From Antedon mediterranea (Eukaryota; Animalia; Echinodermata), in the NCBI RefSeq assembly GCF_964355755.1, contig NC_092679.1, forward strand, positions 15,421,432-15,485,431: a stretch of 64,000 nt of DNA, in the 5' to 3' direction. Every line of letters begins with the position of its first letter. Within the stretch, counting starts at the first letter, position 1. The notes below the pieces were generated by a model. That model saw only the letters and a program-made list of their open reading frames with translations. It did no database searches and was not told the origin of the DNA. Made by a program: the position numbers and the translations under genes. Below are positions 25,501-40,500 of this stretch, in pieces.

Positions 25501-28500
25501 GGGAAGATTGGTTCAAAAGAAATTAAAATGAGAGAACCATGTCATATAACTTTGAATCTCATTGTTTGTGACAGGTTAAACAGCAGAGTACTAATTTTTG
25601 ATAAAAATGAAACAACAACAAGAAAAATCAAAGCACTATCATCAATAACTTATCTTCATGGTGTGGTAATGGATAAAGAGGAAAACATTTTAACCTCTGG
25701 AGAATTTGGAGTAAATTTGTATGATAAAAATGGTTGCTTTAAAAAAGAAATTTTCAGAAGAAAAAAAACCTGGAAAATTGCTTATCCTAGCATATGTGTA
25801 ATCTCAAACAGACCACGAAAGATAGCCGTGACTGATAGCAAATCAAAAGATGTTAAAATATTTAACTATTAAATAACTTTAGGAACTAATTTCCTGGATT
25901 TAAAATAGATACACCAAACTCTTTCCTATTCTCTATTTTGAAAATTATGGACATAGAGGAGCCACAAGTGAACAGAACACCCTTGAACATCCTATATTCT
26001 AACATTCCAAATATTTTGGAGCAAATTATTAGATAAATTAAACAACTTTTAATAAAAGATATTAGAAATAAATATATTTTTTCTTGTATTTTACAGATTA
26101 TTATAAAATTTTAATATTAAAGACATTTAATTTCATTTGCTTTTGGTAATTATTTTCTTGATCAGTTCCATCATACGATGTAAAAATCATTTTCATTTTA
26201 GTCATGTGGTCAATACTTCAGCATGTACTGTACAATATGATTTTGTTGTTGATTTTTTAAAACTTTAAATATTTAGTGCATTGCATTTTATTGTTTACAT
26301 TTTACTAATTATAAAGATAAATTAGTAATCTTCTACGATTGAAACAGGGTTTTAAGTCATTTTTAAATGGCTATACAATTACTTCGAAACAAGACAAAAA
26401 AATTTTAAAAAGTAATCTACTTTTCAAACACCTACAACTATTGTATGTAATTTAACCAATAGCTGATGAGTCACAAAGGAGAACAAATAAGATATATTGG
26501 TTGTAACCCAAGAAGGATATCATTAGGTGATCCGAACACCTGTTGTAATTCTTCTTTCTTTCTAAGGGCGCGTTTATACAACACGCTATTACACGCATAT
26601 TCTACACGCCTACGAGGAGTGTGTTGTATAACAACAAAGAGATTCCGTGTAATGAGATTTTAATTGCAAAAAAGGCTACTTGGCTGAATCCTAAAATTTG
26701 GTGGATTCCCGGTCGCCGTTACCGTGTTGGAAGTGTCCTCAGGGTATATTTTGACCTCTCGTTAAAACAGGTCGTAATATCAATCATGTCATGCGACGTC
26801 TAACAAGATTGGGCCCATTTATTGCTGCTTCGCTGCCAGCAATCATCCTCCTACCACGTCTTACGCCTAGCCTGGTAGGGCCAACTCGTAGTGGTAGTAG
26901 GCCTCTATAGACTATCGTTTCCCACTCCAAACAGAATAAAAAATAACATCGCAAAAATGGCATCTTCTTCCATAGTGTATAGATGAAACAATGAAACCCT
27001 TAAAATAACTTTTATTAATTTAAATGAACCGAGAACAAAATAAACAACAATGCAAACGTGAACGAATACAATAATGAAAACGGTAAAAACCGCGCGAATA
27101 CATCGGACAGCGAGGAGGCGACGATGATTTGTTGACAACAACCCAGCCAACAATTCAATTCAAGCGATCAACGATTTGACCTTTTATCCTAGCATGCACT
27201 GCGTGTTGATGAAACTTCCGGTACAACACGGTATCGTGATTTCTAGTATAACAGCAAACGTTAAGGTGGGTTGACCTCGGTCCGAACAACACGCTAAAAA
27301 TTAAAGCCGTGTTCAAATTTAGGGTGTTGTATAAACACGACCTAATCCTTTTGTTGGTTGTCATTCTCGGAATAAGCAGTAATCTTGTTTTGGCCAGCAA
27401 ATAGATATAATAATTTTACACAATCTGAATTTGTGCAACTGTAATATTTTATGATCATATATCATATTAGCTCGTACGCAGCTAGAAAGACCGTTTTTGC
27501 ACATGATTTTGGTTCTTGATACCTTTTATAATAAATTCTTTTCATTTTTGATGAATTATGAATATAAAATAGTGACACACGTGCACATCAAACTTTAAAA
27601 ATCGTGCACTAGAGCTTGACAATGGGTAATTTTATACAAAATTTGTGTAAAAATATGCCTATTTTGAATCGATTATAGCTCTCGGGGATTGATGGTTACC
27701 AATGAGTTGTATGAGTTCATGTGAAATTTAGGTTATGCTGTCATCATATGGAAATCTGAATTTTAAAAATTGGATTTTGATACAGTTCATTACAATGTTT
27801 TCAATTTTCTTTCTAATTTTCAATATGTTAGTCAAACAATTCTCCTTCAGACATATGAACTTTTTTTTTTAATTTGAAAAATTCATCATATTCAAACAAT
27901 TTAATAAACGCGAGTGGTGTAACATAAAACCCTAATAAATATCATGTGCATGTTACGATGCATTGCACAATAGCCTAATTGAATTTCGATGCATTCATGC
28001 ATTTTTCTTTTCTAAAGTTTTCTCTAGGTACCAACTTCAGAATTTAAATTACATATTGTTGTTCAGATCACACATCACCAAACTATTGTAAAAGCATCAA
28101 TGGGAACCTGTCGCCAATGACGCAAATATTGTGTAGTTCCAATGTATTGAAATAACTCATTAAAGTGTATTTTCAGCAATTCAAACAATAACAATAGAGT
28201 GTTAAGAGAGAGGTATGCTTAATAAAAAGCAGTCAAGAAAAGGTAGTCAAAGTGATAAGGTTGCAAGCTTCTTGTTCTAACCTTAAAATCGTAAAAGTGG
28301 CACATTAACAGTAAGTAAATGCTTTTCTAGTGTAGACTAAATCTGATATTTCTTCTCTGGAAATAATAGCAAAGTTGTATGTACTGGGTGTAATTTTCAA
28401 CGAAGCTGAAATAGTTTACAAATCTGAAGGTGTGGCTTTATCCAAATGCTACTTTTCACTTTGTAGAAGTGATTCACAGGCTGGGAATTTTATAGATGAA

Positions 28501-31500
28501 CTTTATTCTTTAATAGGATACTATTTTATATTTATAATTTGATCACAAACACGGTATATTTCTAAAATATTTTAGCATATTTTATCGTGTACTTAACAAC
28601 GAATTGCATCTTCACCACAATAAGCTTTCCAACTATATTATACTATTACAGACAAAGTACCATGGATTCTATTTGCTTGATTGGATTATATCATCCAAGC
28701 ATCACAATTTCTTCAATTGAGATTATAAAATGTTCTCAGCAATAAATGCATTAAAAATCAAATTAAAGTTTTTAAAAGTGTTTAATAGAATAGTATGAAG
28801 ATATTTCTAATTGTTTAGATATCTAAACAAAAAGAACAAATTTGTTCTAAAATTATAATCTACAGTACTGCAACAATAAAAATGCATACATTTCTTGAAT
28901 GTAAATAGATAATAGTAAAAATTCAAGAAATGTGTTTCAGAATTATTTATTTCCTAATCTTCTAGATGTCTTCTAAAGAAGAGGTACAGATGTGTTCTAC
29001 TCATTATCTAGAATTAGATTTCTTCTGTTTAACTTGCAAGAAAGCTGCTTGCACAGAATGTGAAAATTTTCTGGATTGTCAACAAAAACATGAAATGATT
29101 AAAATGAAGTATGCTATTGATACCTTTAACCAAGAGGCAAGTGATTGGAATTTTCTATTACTGTATTTATTCGAATAAACGTCTGCTTTGATAAATATAT
29201 AGATAAGACATTATTCTTACATAAAACAAAAGAAATTAGTATAGGATAACCATTTATTGTGTCTTTGATAAAAATAATAAGAACAATAAAATCGCTGTAT
29301 CACCATATTATTCCTCTTACATTATGACGTCATTTGATTGGACGTGTTAAACTTTAAAAATTATTTTCACCAAAGGTAGCATAGATAGTTATTCTATAGT
29401 ATTTAGATTTCTTTTGTTTTATGTAGGAAAAATAAATGTTTATCTATTTATCGTTATCGTCCTAGTGTAAATAGGTTTAAAATTTGCAGATGAATACTAA
29501 ATATTTAGGATCAAGGGTGGCATATGGTGCATTCAGCTATACTGGTACCTACCGTTTATAATAATAACCGAAGAATATTTGTTCTACCATCAGAAACATG
29601 GAACATAGCTTGCATAAATTAATGAGGATGATGATTTAAGGCGCTCCTTTTATTTTTTTGTCTTTTAACAGATGTGTTGCTCTCATAACCAACCATTAGA
29701 CTTCTTCTGTTTAACATGCAAGACAGCTGTTTGTAGAGAATGCGAACATTTTCTTCACCAGCAAAATCATGAGATCGTTATCTATTTATCGTTATCGTCC
29801 TAGTGTAAATAGGTTTAAAATTTGCAGATGAATACTAAATATTTAGGATCAAGGGTGGCATATGGTGCATTAATTAATGAGGATGATGATTTAAGGCGCT
29901 CCTTTTATTTTTTTGTCTTTTAACAGATGTGTTGCTCTCATAACCAACCATTAGACTTCTTCTGTTTAACATGCAAGACAGCTGTTTGTAGAGAATGCGA
30001 ACATTTTCTTCACCAGCAAAATCATGAGATCGTTATCTATTTATCGTTATCGTCCTAGTGTAAATAGGTTTAAAATTTGCAGATGAATACTAAATATTTA
30101 GGATCAAGGGTGGCATATGGTGCATTCAGCTATACTGGTACCTACCGTTTATAATAATAACCGAAGAATATTTGTTCTACCATCAGAAACATGGAACATA
30201 GCTTGCATAAATTAATGAGGATGATGATTTAAGGCGCTCCTTTTATTTTTTTGTCTTTTAACAGATGTGTTGCTCTCATAACCAACCATTAGACTTCTTC
30301 TGTTTAACATGCAAGACAGCTGTTTGTAGAGAATGCGAACATTTTCTTCACCAGCAAAATCATGAGATCGTTACAATGAAGAATGCAATTTCTTCTTTTA
30401 ACCATGAAGCAACTGAAGTACTCAAGACAGCTCAGAAAGTTAAAAAGAAATTGGAGAAAACATTTCATTCAATTACCGCAAGTGTCACATACTTTAAAGA
30501 CCAGGTAGATTTATGTAGAAAAGCTATTAAAGTTCAAGAGAAGAAAATTATTCAAGCCGTTCAAGCAAAAACTAGGAATTTAATTTTGCAACTTGACGAA
30601 ATTCAAACAACAATGGAAGAGGGTGTCAAAGATCAATTTGAAGACTTAGACAGAGAAAGAGATAAGGTAAATGAAGGAATTACATCAGTCAATTCAATAT
30701 TAAACAAACCACAAGAATTTCAAACTATTGTAAAGTATAAGGCAAGTATCACTCCTGTTGAAGATAAGGTTGATAGTGTTTGTCAATCATTTCATGCAAG
30801 AACAACTGTACCAAATTTTTGTCCATCTAAACCTCTAACTGATTTGATAAACAAGGACAATATTGGAAAAATAACAGTTCACAGTCTTTATAAGGTTGCA
30901 GAATCAGACCAACAGTTTGCAGTAACAGAGGGGCAAACATTTGAAGTAACAGTATCACGTCTCATACTGTGTCCAGACATTCAATTAACTGCAGTTCTGA
31001 CATCCAAATCTGGTCAAGAATCTATCACCGAGATCAAACATCTGGGAAATGGAGAGTACAGAATAATAGGTAGATGTGATAGGGAAGGTGATTGGCAGAT
31101 GAAGATCATGGCTAAAGATGTAGAGATTAAAGGATCTCCAGTAAATGTCACCGTGGAACCTTCTGGACTTGTGGAAACCATTGATAACATTGGACAGTAT
31201 AAAGAAAATGAAAAGTGCAAACCTGTTGTGGATGTTGCACTAGACAAAGATGGATGTATATTAGTATCAAGTGATAGTAAAGAGGTATTAAAATTTGAAC
31301 AATCAGGTTTATTTAAAGATAAACAAGACATGACACAAAATGTACGTACAATGCATCATATGAGTGATGGTAGAATGGTGTTTAGTGACAACAACAAATC
31401 CGTTATATTATGTGATGATCAGTTTCAAGAAATTCGCAGATTTGGTAATGAAACATTTTTTAAAGAACCACTTGGCTTGACAGTAAACAAGGACAATGTC

Positions 31501-34500
31501 TTGTATGTCGCGGATTGTAAAGCTCACTGTGTTTATAAATTTAATATTAATAATGGTGATCTGTTAGGAAAGATTGGTTCTGAAGAAATCAGAATGAAAG
31601 GACCGCATCATATAACTTTAACTAAAGATGGCAATCTGGTTGTTTGTGATACAAAAAATCACAGAGTTCTCATTTTTGGTGAAAATGACAAGATAACAAG
31701 AATAATAGAAGACCCACTAAGGTTTTCCAATCCATATGGTGTAGCAGCAGATTATGAGGACAACATTATAATATCAAGTAATCATGAACTACAATTGTTT
31801 AATAAACATGGTGATTTTATCAAGCAAATAGGTTCCCAGAAATCATATTTTTGGTCAGATTTATGTCATCCTAAAGGCATCTGTGTAATCTCAAAACATC
31901 CAAGAAAGGTAGCAGTAGCCAATGTTGGATCAAACAATATTAAAATATTTAACTACTGAAATATCCTGTAGTTCCCCATGGCACCTATGGATTAATTATG
32001 GGAAGTCCCATACAGATATGTACTATTTTTTTCTTCTACATAATAGGATATAGAATAAAAATATTCAGAAAGTTCATCTTGTAAAAAGAGAACAGCCCCA
32101 TCAAACAGCCACAAATTTTCTGGAAATTTGATTTAGTGGAAAGAGTCACACAGTATTCCTATGGCATATACTGTCCTAAACATTTAACATTTTTTAAATA
32201 ATCAGGTGTGTAAGAAAGCCTATTCTATCTAAACGTGAAAATGGAGAGGGTTTGATCCAACCACTTGGAACAAACAAACTTTGGTAATCCAATCAATTAA
32301 AAAAATAATTCTTGCCTTATTTTTCATTATGCTGATACCGTTGATTCAACATTTTTTAATATTATGCTGTATTGGTAATTACATACCTCAAATTTAACAT
32401 TTATAGCTAATATCTTGATATCCAGTCATGTACATATATAGCTTTGTCTGATTTTTTAATTATTTATTTCAACATAATTTTGTCAATACAGTATCATTAT
32501 CAAATCATAATTACCATAATAGTATTTTAATTTTTGTAAAATCATATTGTTATCATGAGTTATTACTATGACAGTTTCATTTTAATAATTTGCATTCATT
32601 GATATTATTACTCTTCTAGTTTGCTACGGTTATCTTTGGAATTATAGATTATCATTTTAAAGAAAATAAAGTACCTAATGCTGTAAATATTGTACTATTG
32701 TTTAAAATTACATTAATAATAAATACATTTAGTGCTTAAGTTTTGAAGAAAATATATATTATAATATTCCATTATGAAAAAACACTGCTAGGAAATGGTT
32801 TATTACAGTACTACTTCGAGTGAGTACTCAACCTTAGAGGGAGTACTCAACCTTAGAGGGAGTACTCAACCTTAGAGGGAGTACTCAACCTTAGAGTGAG
32901 TACTCAACCTTAGAGTGAGTACTCAACCTTAGAGTGAGTACTCAACCTTAGAGTGAGTACTCAACCTTAGAGTGAGTACTCAACCTTAGAGTGAGTACTC
33001 AACCTTAGAGTGAGTACTCAACCTTAGAGGGAGTACTCAACCTTAGAGGGAGTACTCAACCTTAGAGGGAGTACTCAACCTTAGAGGGAGTACTCAACCT
33101 TAGAGGGAGTACTCAACCTTAGAGGGAGTACTCAACCTTAGAGGGAGTACTCAACCTTAGAGGGAGTACTCAACCTTTGGGCAAAATGTACAAAATAGAT
33201 CAAAATCTATACTCGTTTTGTAGTTAAGATTATGACTGGTGAAATTCGTCAACACGAATACGCTTTACAAATATGAAATGGGGATCAGCTCAAAAGTTTC
33301 ACAAATGTGTGACGTATCCGTTTTTGTTATCGTATTCGTAAGGTTGCGAAACCTCCCTATTAATAGGAAAAGCAGAATGGTTAATAAGGAAATAAAAACT
33401 TAGTTGTTTGTAAAGTAATTAAGGCCAAAAAAGGATGAGATGTAAGTAGGAAACATTACTTAGATAAAGAAGCTTCTATATGAAATTGTAGTTAAATTTA
33501 GAATAGGTATTAAAGAAAATATTTAAGTTTTCATGTATGGTAAAATAATTTGGTTGTTTTTAAAAGTTTGTATAAATTTCTATCATTAAAACTTCTGTAA
33601 AAACCAGTGGCGGATCTAGGAGGGGTGAATAGGGTGGCTAGCCACCCCCCTTAATTCTCAAAAAAAAGAAAAAAAAAGATGTATTCCTAATCGCGATTGA
33701 CCGTCGCTAGACGTGGATTAATCTTTTAATTAAGAAGAGTAGGCCTAGCTAGGCCCTACTTACTAGAGCTAGGGTTAGCATTAATAGTTGTGTGTAAATA
33801 GGCCTACACAGTGAAAGAGCTAAGAGTTCAATTACTATTATGAATTCAAGAGTTTAAAAAGAAAACACGATTTACAATCTTCGGAAAATACCCATTTTCA
33901 AAACACACCGTCACACGCACTCCAAAAACTACCAGCGTCACGTTGTCTAGCTCGCTCCTCGTGTGAATGCTGACGTCATCACTCTCCAAAATACACCATT
34001 TTCCATTGCAGTTAATTTCCGCCGCCCTGGTCCGTGTGTGAAAGCATTAGCGGCGTGGTATATTTACACCCCTGAGTGGAGTGCAATATTGGGAACTTTT
34101 TTCTCGCGCATGAAAGTTTTTTTGTATAATATTATGGTATGCAGTATAAACGATAAAAATAAACGAGAAACATGGTGTTCTTTTATTATTTTATAGGCAT
34201 AAAATAAACATAAAATGTCTTGTATGTACACGGGACGGACGAAAAAAGTATGTGGCGTATTTGGCATTTTTTGATTTGTGTTATACATTACACATTTGTG
34301 AAACTTTTGAGCTGATTCCCATTTCTTATTTGTAAAGCGTATTCGTGTTGACGAATTTCATCAGTCATATTCGTAAATACAAAACGAGTATAGTTTTTAT
34401 CTAATTTGCACATTTTGCCAGGTCAATTTTGATAAATAGCAGTTTTTAAAGTCCTCACTCGCTTTGATGTTACGCTAGGCCTAGGCAGACAAGCACTAAG

Positions 34501-37500
34501 CAATACGTACCTGCGCTTCGCTCAAATTTACCGCAGTCATATTTTGGACGACGCCCTCAATATTTCGTTGCCATGCCAAACAGATTTTTACTGGCTTACG
34601 AAAAACAAATACGAGTGCGTAACGTATCCGTTTTTGTTATCGTATTCGTAAGATTGCGAAACCTCCCTATTAAAAAAATATATTTCATGCAACTAATTTG
34701 GTTGTTTTGACAATTTGAATTGATTTTTTTTCACATACCAATCTTGCTTGTATTTTGTATATCAACAATGTATTGTTTTATTTGTATTTTACCCTTGTTA
34801 AGTCATTTATATATTTTTATGTGAATTTTTTTTTCAATAATTTCAAACCATGTACATATTTTACTGTCATATTTTGGACGACTGGCTTACAAATACGTGT
34901 GCGTGACGTATCCGTTTTCGTTATCGTATTAGTAAGATTGCGAAACCTCCCTATTAAAAAAATATATTTCATGCAACTAATTTGGTTGTTTTGACAATTT
35001 GAATTGATTTTTTATTTTTTTTTTCAATCTTGCTTGTATTTTGTATATCAACAATGTATTGTTTTATTTGTATTTTACCCTTGTTAAGTCATTTTTATAT
35101 TTTTATGTGAATTTTTTTTTCAATAATTTCAAACCATGTACATATTTTACTGTGTTTTACCATGAATAAATGAATACTGATCTTATTAAAATGTACAGAA
35201 GAATTATTACAGATTCTGAAATGAATATACATGCACTGTAAAACAAGCATAGCAAACACATACATTATAGACCATGACACATAGCTGTATGTAATTTTCC
35301 AGAAACTTATTTTGAACAAATCAAATTACATGCAATTGAAGCGATAGAAATCTCATGAGTAAAGCGAAACAAATTAGATATTATTTAAAAGGAGGAAATA
35401 ACGGTAATTTTTTCAGCATAATTTATGCAAGATTGTTCATAATCCAAAAGTATGTGTGTATGCGCCATGAAGTCTAGCAAATTTTGCAAATCGCAAATAC
35501 AATGCAAAAACTGGAACAATCTTGGAACCATCACTGACCAAAATTTGAATGCTCTCAATTTTCACTTTTTAATTAATTTGTTTCCTTTGTTTGTATGGAA
35601 ATTCTGCCTTATCACAACTCTATTACATTAAACTAATCCTCCTTCAAATTGGCTAACTTAATATTTGGTGGTATCATTTTAATGTCTTGTACATGAATTT
35701 AAATTGACGTTTAAAAAAAGACAATGCAAAACGAGAGAATATGGGTTAGAGAGAAATTGCTTTTTTTAAATACTATGTTTCAATGAGTGGAACTAAAAAC
35801 AGTATAAGTATAAATAAGCAATAGATTATACTGTACATGCATCTCTCCTAAATGTCAAATCATGTCAGTGTTTCCAATTTAGGTACTCTTGTTGAACCCA
35901 CAAATGTGAAAATTAGCTTATCAATCAATTAATTGAATCAAACAATCTACTTTTATTTCAGAACAAAGTCCATGGCTTACTGAGTATAAGTAATTTTAGA
36001 CTAAAATATAGTACTTTGCATATTCTGGTGTAGGGGCGTTACTCCTTAACCACACAAGTAGCAATAGTATAATGACCTTGTAGTATAGTGCGCAAACAAT
36101 ATTGAACATCGACTTGGAACTAAACGTACATAACAGTAAGCCAACGAGTTAACAACCACACACTACACTACACTTGATCTTGAAGTATCTTGCACCCGCG
36201 CATCAAGTAACAAATATCGTCTTGAACTATTACGTACATTAAACCAACGAGTTAACAACTACACACTACACTACACTTGATCTTGAAGTATCGTGCACCC
36301 GCGCATCAAGTAACAAATATCGTCTTGAACTATTACGTACATTAAACCAACGAGTTAACAACTACACACTACACTACACTTGATCTTGAAGTATCGTGCA
36401 CCCGCGCATCAAGTAACAAATATCGTCTTGAACTATTACGTACATTAAACCAACGAGTTAACAATGCAAATATCGCACGCACGAGCAGCAAAATAGTAAT
36501 AATCCAACGCGTTTGTTCGTGAATACACAAGTTTTGAAACATCTCAATATAATCATGAATATATAATAAAATTGTTTGAGTCTAGCACTAAATTTGACTC
36601 TTTTTTTACATTTGTGGTTGTTTTCACATTTGTGGGTGATGAGTTTTCACATTTGTGGTCGTTTTCACATTTTTGAGTGATACGTTTTCACATTTTTGGG
36701 CGTTTTCACATTTGTGGGTTCAACAGCTCTCCCCTCTGTCCACCACAGTGGCTGCGTGAACTAGGACAACTGGGGTAACCCCTACTCATCTATTCAATAA
36801 TTCTGATGTACTTTAAAAGCTGCATAATCTGAATGATCATGTTTGTCTTCCTGATCATAATTTGCCATTACAAACCGAAACTACAAATTTTAATCATTCA
36901 AGGAATACTATACCATGGAGGTATACCTCCATGCTTATACATCCACCTGATACTGTACTTCAGGATTGACATTCATGAAAGAAAGGGTATAGGGATAATT
37001 GAGTTTTATAGCTTCATTTTAACTTATTTGTAAAGTTAAGTATTGTCCCCTGAAAAAAATAATTCTTTAAAAAAATTCTTGTTGAAATATGCCATTTGAA
37101 TGTCACACAATAGTTGTAATTGTAATTTAAAGCTAAAAATAAAAATTTTAAATGTTATCAAATAATATTTTGTTTTTGGTATTTCATTAGACACTAAACA
37201 CAATAACATTACAAAGCGAAAAAGTTAATAATTTTTCTACAAAACTACATGCAATGAAATCTGATAGTCACATAAAAAAAGATAAGATATTGTTTTACAA
37301 AAAAGAAGGAAATATTGATTTCCTTTACAGTTAAACCACACCCAATTGTACCAGGTTATAAGAGGCTGTATCCATAAACAGCTAACTCTTTATTCAAAAC
37401 TTTGCCAAGAAAAGGTCTTATAAAAGTAAGTACAAATTTAGTTTTTGTATATTTGTTTTTGTATATTGTTTATTTTATACCTTTAGGTAAAGGATTACTC

Positions 37501-40500
37501 ATAGTAAATTAATCACTGTCCTAATGTATGTGGTAATCCCTTGATATATGGGCTATTTTTTGAACCACTGCTGTAACCCCCTACTCATCTTGAATGATGA
37601 ACTGGGTGCACACAGGTTGTTTTATAGACTTATTCCACCACCAGAACAAAGAGCAAGTCAGCCTCAAACCATTGCCGATATTGTTGGCTCGTTAGGTACA
37701 GTAAACGGCGCCCCTGCCTTAACTACTCGGCCATTTAAGATATATATATATAAAATGCGTATATTTAAAATATATTATTATTTCATATTTTAACTAATAT
37801 TAACACTAATACTTTAATATTTTTTAATTACTAACTACCAACATTCGGTTGCCCAAAAGTATTACATGTTCAGTTTTTAGTCACGTGGACGCGACTCTAT
37901 AGTTCACTCGGTCGGTCTGTCTGTCGGTCTGTCTGTCTGTCTGTCGGTCCAGTATCACTATTCATGTTATCACTTTCTGACCTTATCTTGATATCAGTTT
38001 AATCTAGCTAAGTCAATTTTTCACAGTATATTCCTTATGGCCAGGAATCGATGTGGTTATGTTTTCACGGTGCGCAATAAAAAATTACGCGGTCTACGCA
38101 CGATTTAACAAAATCACTTTTGTAATCATATCTTCACAACCATGAATCACAATTAAATAAAATTTGGTACTCATAAATTTCAGGGCATCAATCATCATAT
38201 GGCAATACAATTTCGTGCGTAGCGCATGTAACGCATGCGTACGCGCGCTTAAAATTTTCAAAAATTATTTTCGATGAAATAAGAGTACGTTTCAGGCAAT
38301 TTTAAGCGTTTACAAAATTGCCATGAGTGCGCAGGTTTTTGCGCGCGCACTGAGCGTTAAATGTTGTTGCGCACTCTTTTTGCCCGATTTCTGTTTTCTT
38401 GACTTACTTTTCAACTAGAAATTACATTATACGAACACGTCAAAAGTGACAGGCTACGCACGTGTAAATTAAAAAAATATAAATGTTTTTAAACATTTCA
38501 ACATTTTTAAACATGTTCAGTAATTTCGATCAGTATAGTTCACTATGTCGGTCTGTCTGTTGGTCCGGTATCACTATGCATTGTAGCACGCGACTTAATG
38601 GCTGTTGGCCTTGTTTTATTGGACTGCACTTTGCAATGTAAATGTATTTATGGTATTCTCCAGTAACATTACATTGTTTGGGCATAACAGATATTGACTA
38701 AAATATGGTATACCAATTTATTTTCTAGTGGCATCTAACCAGGAGGTACAGATGTGTTCTACTCATAATCTAGAATTAGAGTTCTTCTGTTCAACTTGCA
38801 AGAAAGCTGCTTGCACAGAATGTGAGCATTTTCTGAATTGTCAGCAAAAACATAAAATGATTAAAATGAAGTATGCTATTGATAATTTTAACCAAGAGGC
38901 AACTGAAGTACTTAAAATAGCTGAAGAAGTTAAAAAGGATTTGGATGAAACCTTTTATTTGATTTCTGAACGTTCATCTCACTTCAAAGACCAAGCAGAG
39001 TTATGCAGAAAAGCTATTGAGGTTCAGGAGAAAAAACTTATCAAAGCGTTGAAAGAAAAAAGTAAGAGATTAATTTTGGAAATTGAAGAAAAGGAGACAA
39101 AAATGGAGGAGGGCACCACTGGTCAATTTAAAGATCTTGATGCAAAGAGAGCTCAGGTGAATGATGAAATTAAATCAGTCAAATTGATACTAAACAAACC
39201 AGTTGAAGCTAACACTCTTGCAAACTCCAAGACAAATACCATTGATATTAAAGATAAGGTTTGTGGTATTCATCAATCACTTCATGAAAGATGTATTGCA
39301 CCTAATTTTATCCCATCTACACATATAAATGATTTGATAAATCAAGATGGCATCGGTAAAGTTTCAATTGTTAATACAAATTACACAATTGCAGAATCAG
39401 ACAAACAATTTACTGTCATAAAGCAACGTGGATTTGAACTTAAAGTATCAAGTTTCAAAGAGGGCGTGATTACAGCTGTTTTCATTCCTGAATATGGTAA
39501 AAAATATGCCTCAATGATCAAACATAGGGGAAGGGGAGAGGAAAATATACCATGTAGATGTGATATTGAAGGTGATTGGCAGATAAAGGTAATGGCTGGA
39601 GATCATCAGGTTAAAGGATCTCCAGTGAATATCAAGGTGGAACCTCTTGGACTTGTGCATACCATTGATAACATTGCACAGACAGTATAAAGAGCATCAA
39701 AATGAGTATAAGGTCATGGATGTTGCAGTAGACAGGGATGGATGTATATTAGTATCAAGTGAGAGCAAAGAGATATTGAAGTTCGACCAATCAGGTAAAT
39801 TTAAAGGCAAAAAAGAGATGAGGCAAACTGTAAGGACAATGCATCAGATGAGTGATGGTAGAATGGTATTCACTGATGATACAACTTGTGTTACATTATG
39901 TGATGACAAGTTTCAAGAAATTCGCAAAGTTGGTGAAGGAACATTACAATATCCATTTGGCTTGACAGTTAACAAGGAAAATGGAGTCTTGTATGTATCT
40001 GATTGTAATGCTGATTGTGTTTACAAGTTTGGTTCAGAAAAAATTAAAATGGAAGAACCATGTCATATAACCTTGACTAAAGATGGCCATCTCATTGTCT
40101 GTGCCTATTACAATGACAGAGTATTAATTTTTGATGAAAATGAAAAAATAGCAAGAGAAATCAAAGGAACATTTACGATTATGGCACCTTTTGGTGTGGC
40201 AGTGGATAAAGAGGAAAACATTATAATATCAGATGATGGTGCAATAAAATTGTTTGATAAAAATGGTTGTTCTAAGAAGGGCACCTACATTTATAGAAAG
40301 TTAAGTTGGAATCGGGCCCGTCAAAGCATTTGTATAATCTCAAACAGACCACGAAAGATAGCAGTGTCTGACATCGTATCAAAAGATGTTAAAATAATTA
40401 ACTATTAAATGAGTCTAATCTATTTCTTGCTGGACTCAATATAGATACACTGAACTCCTTCACGTCCCTCCCATTCTTCAAATCATTTTAGACAAATGTG

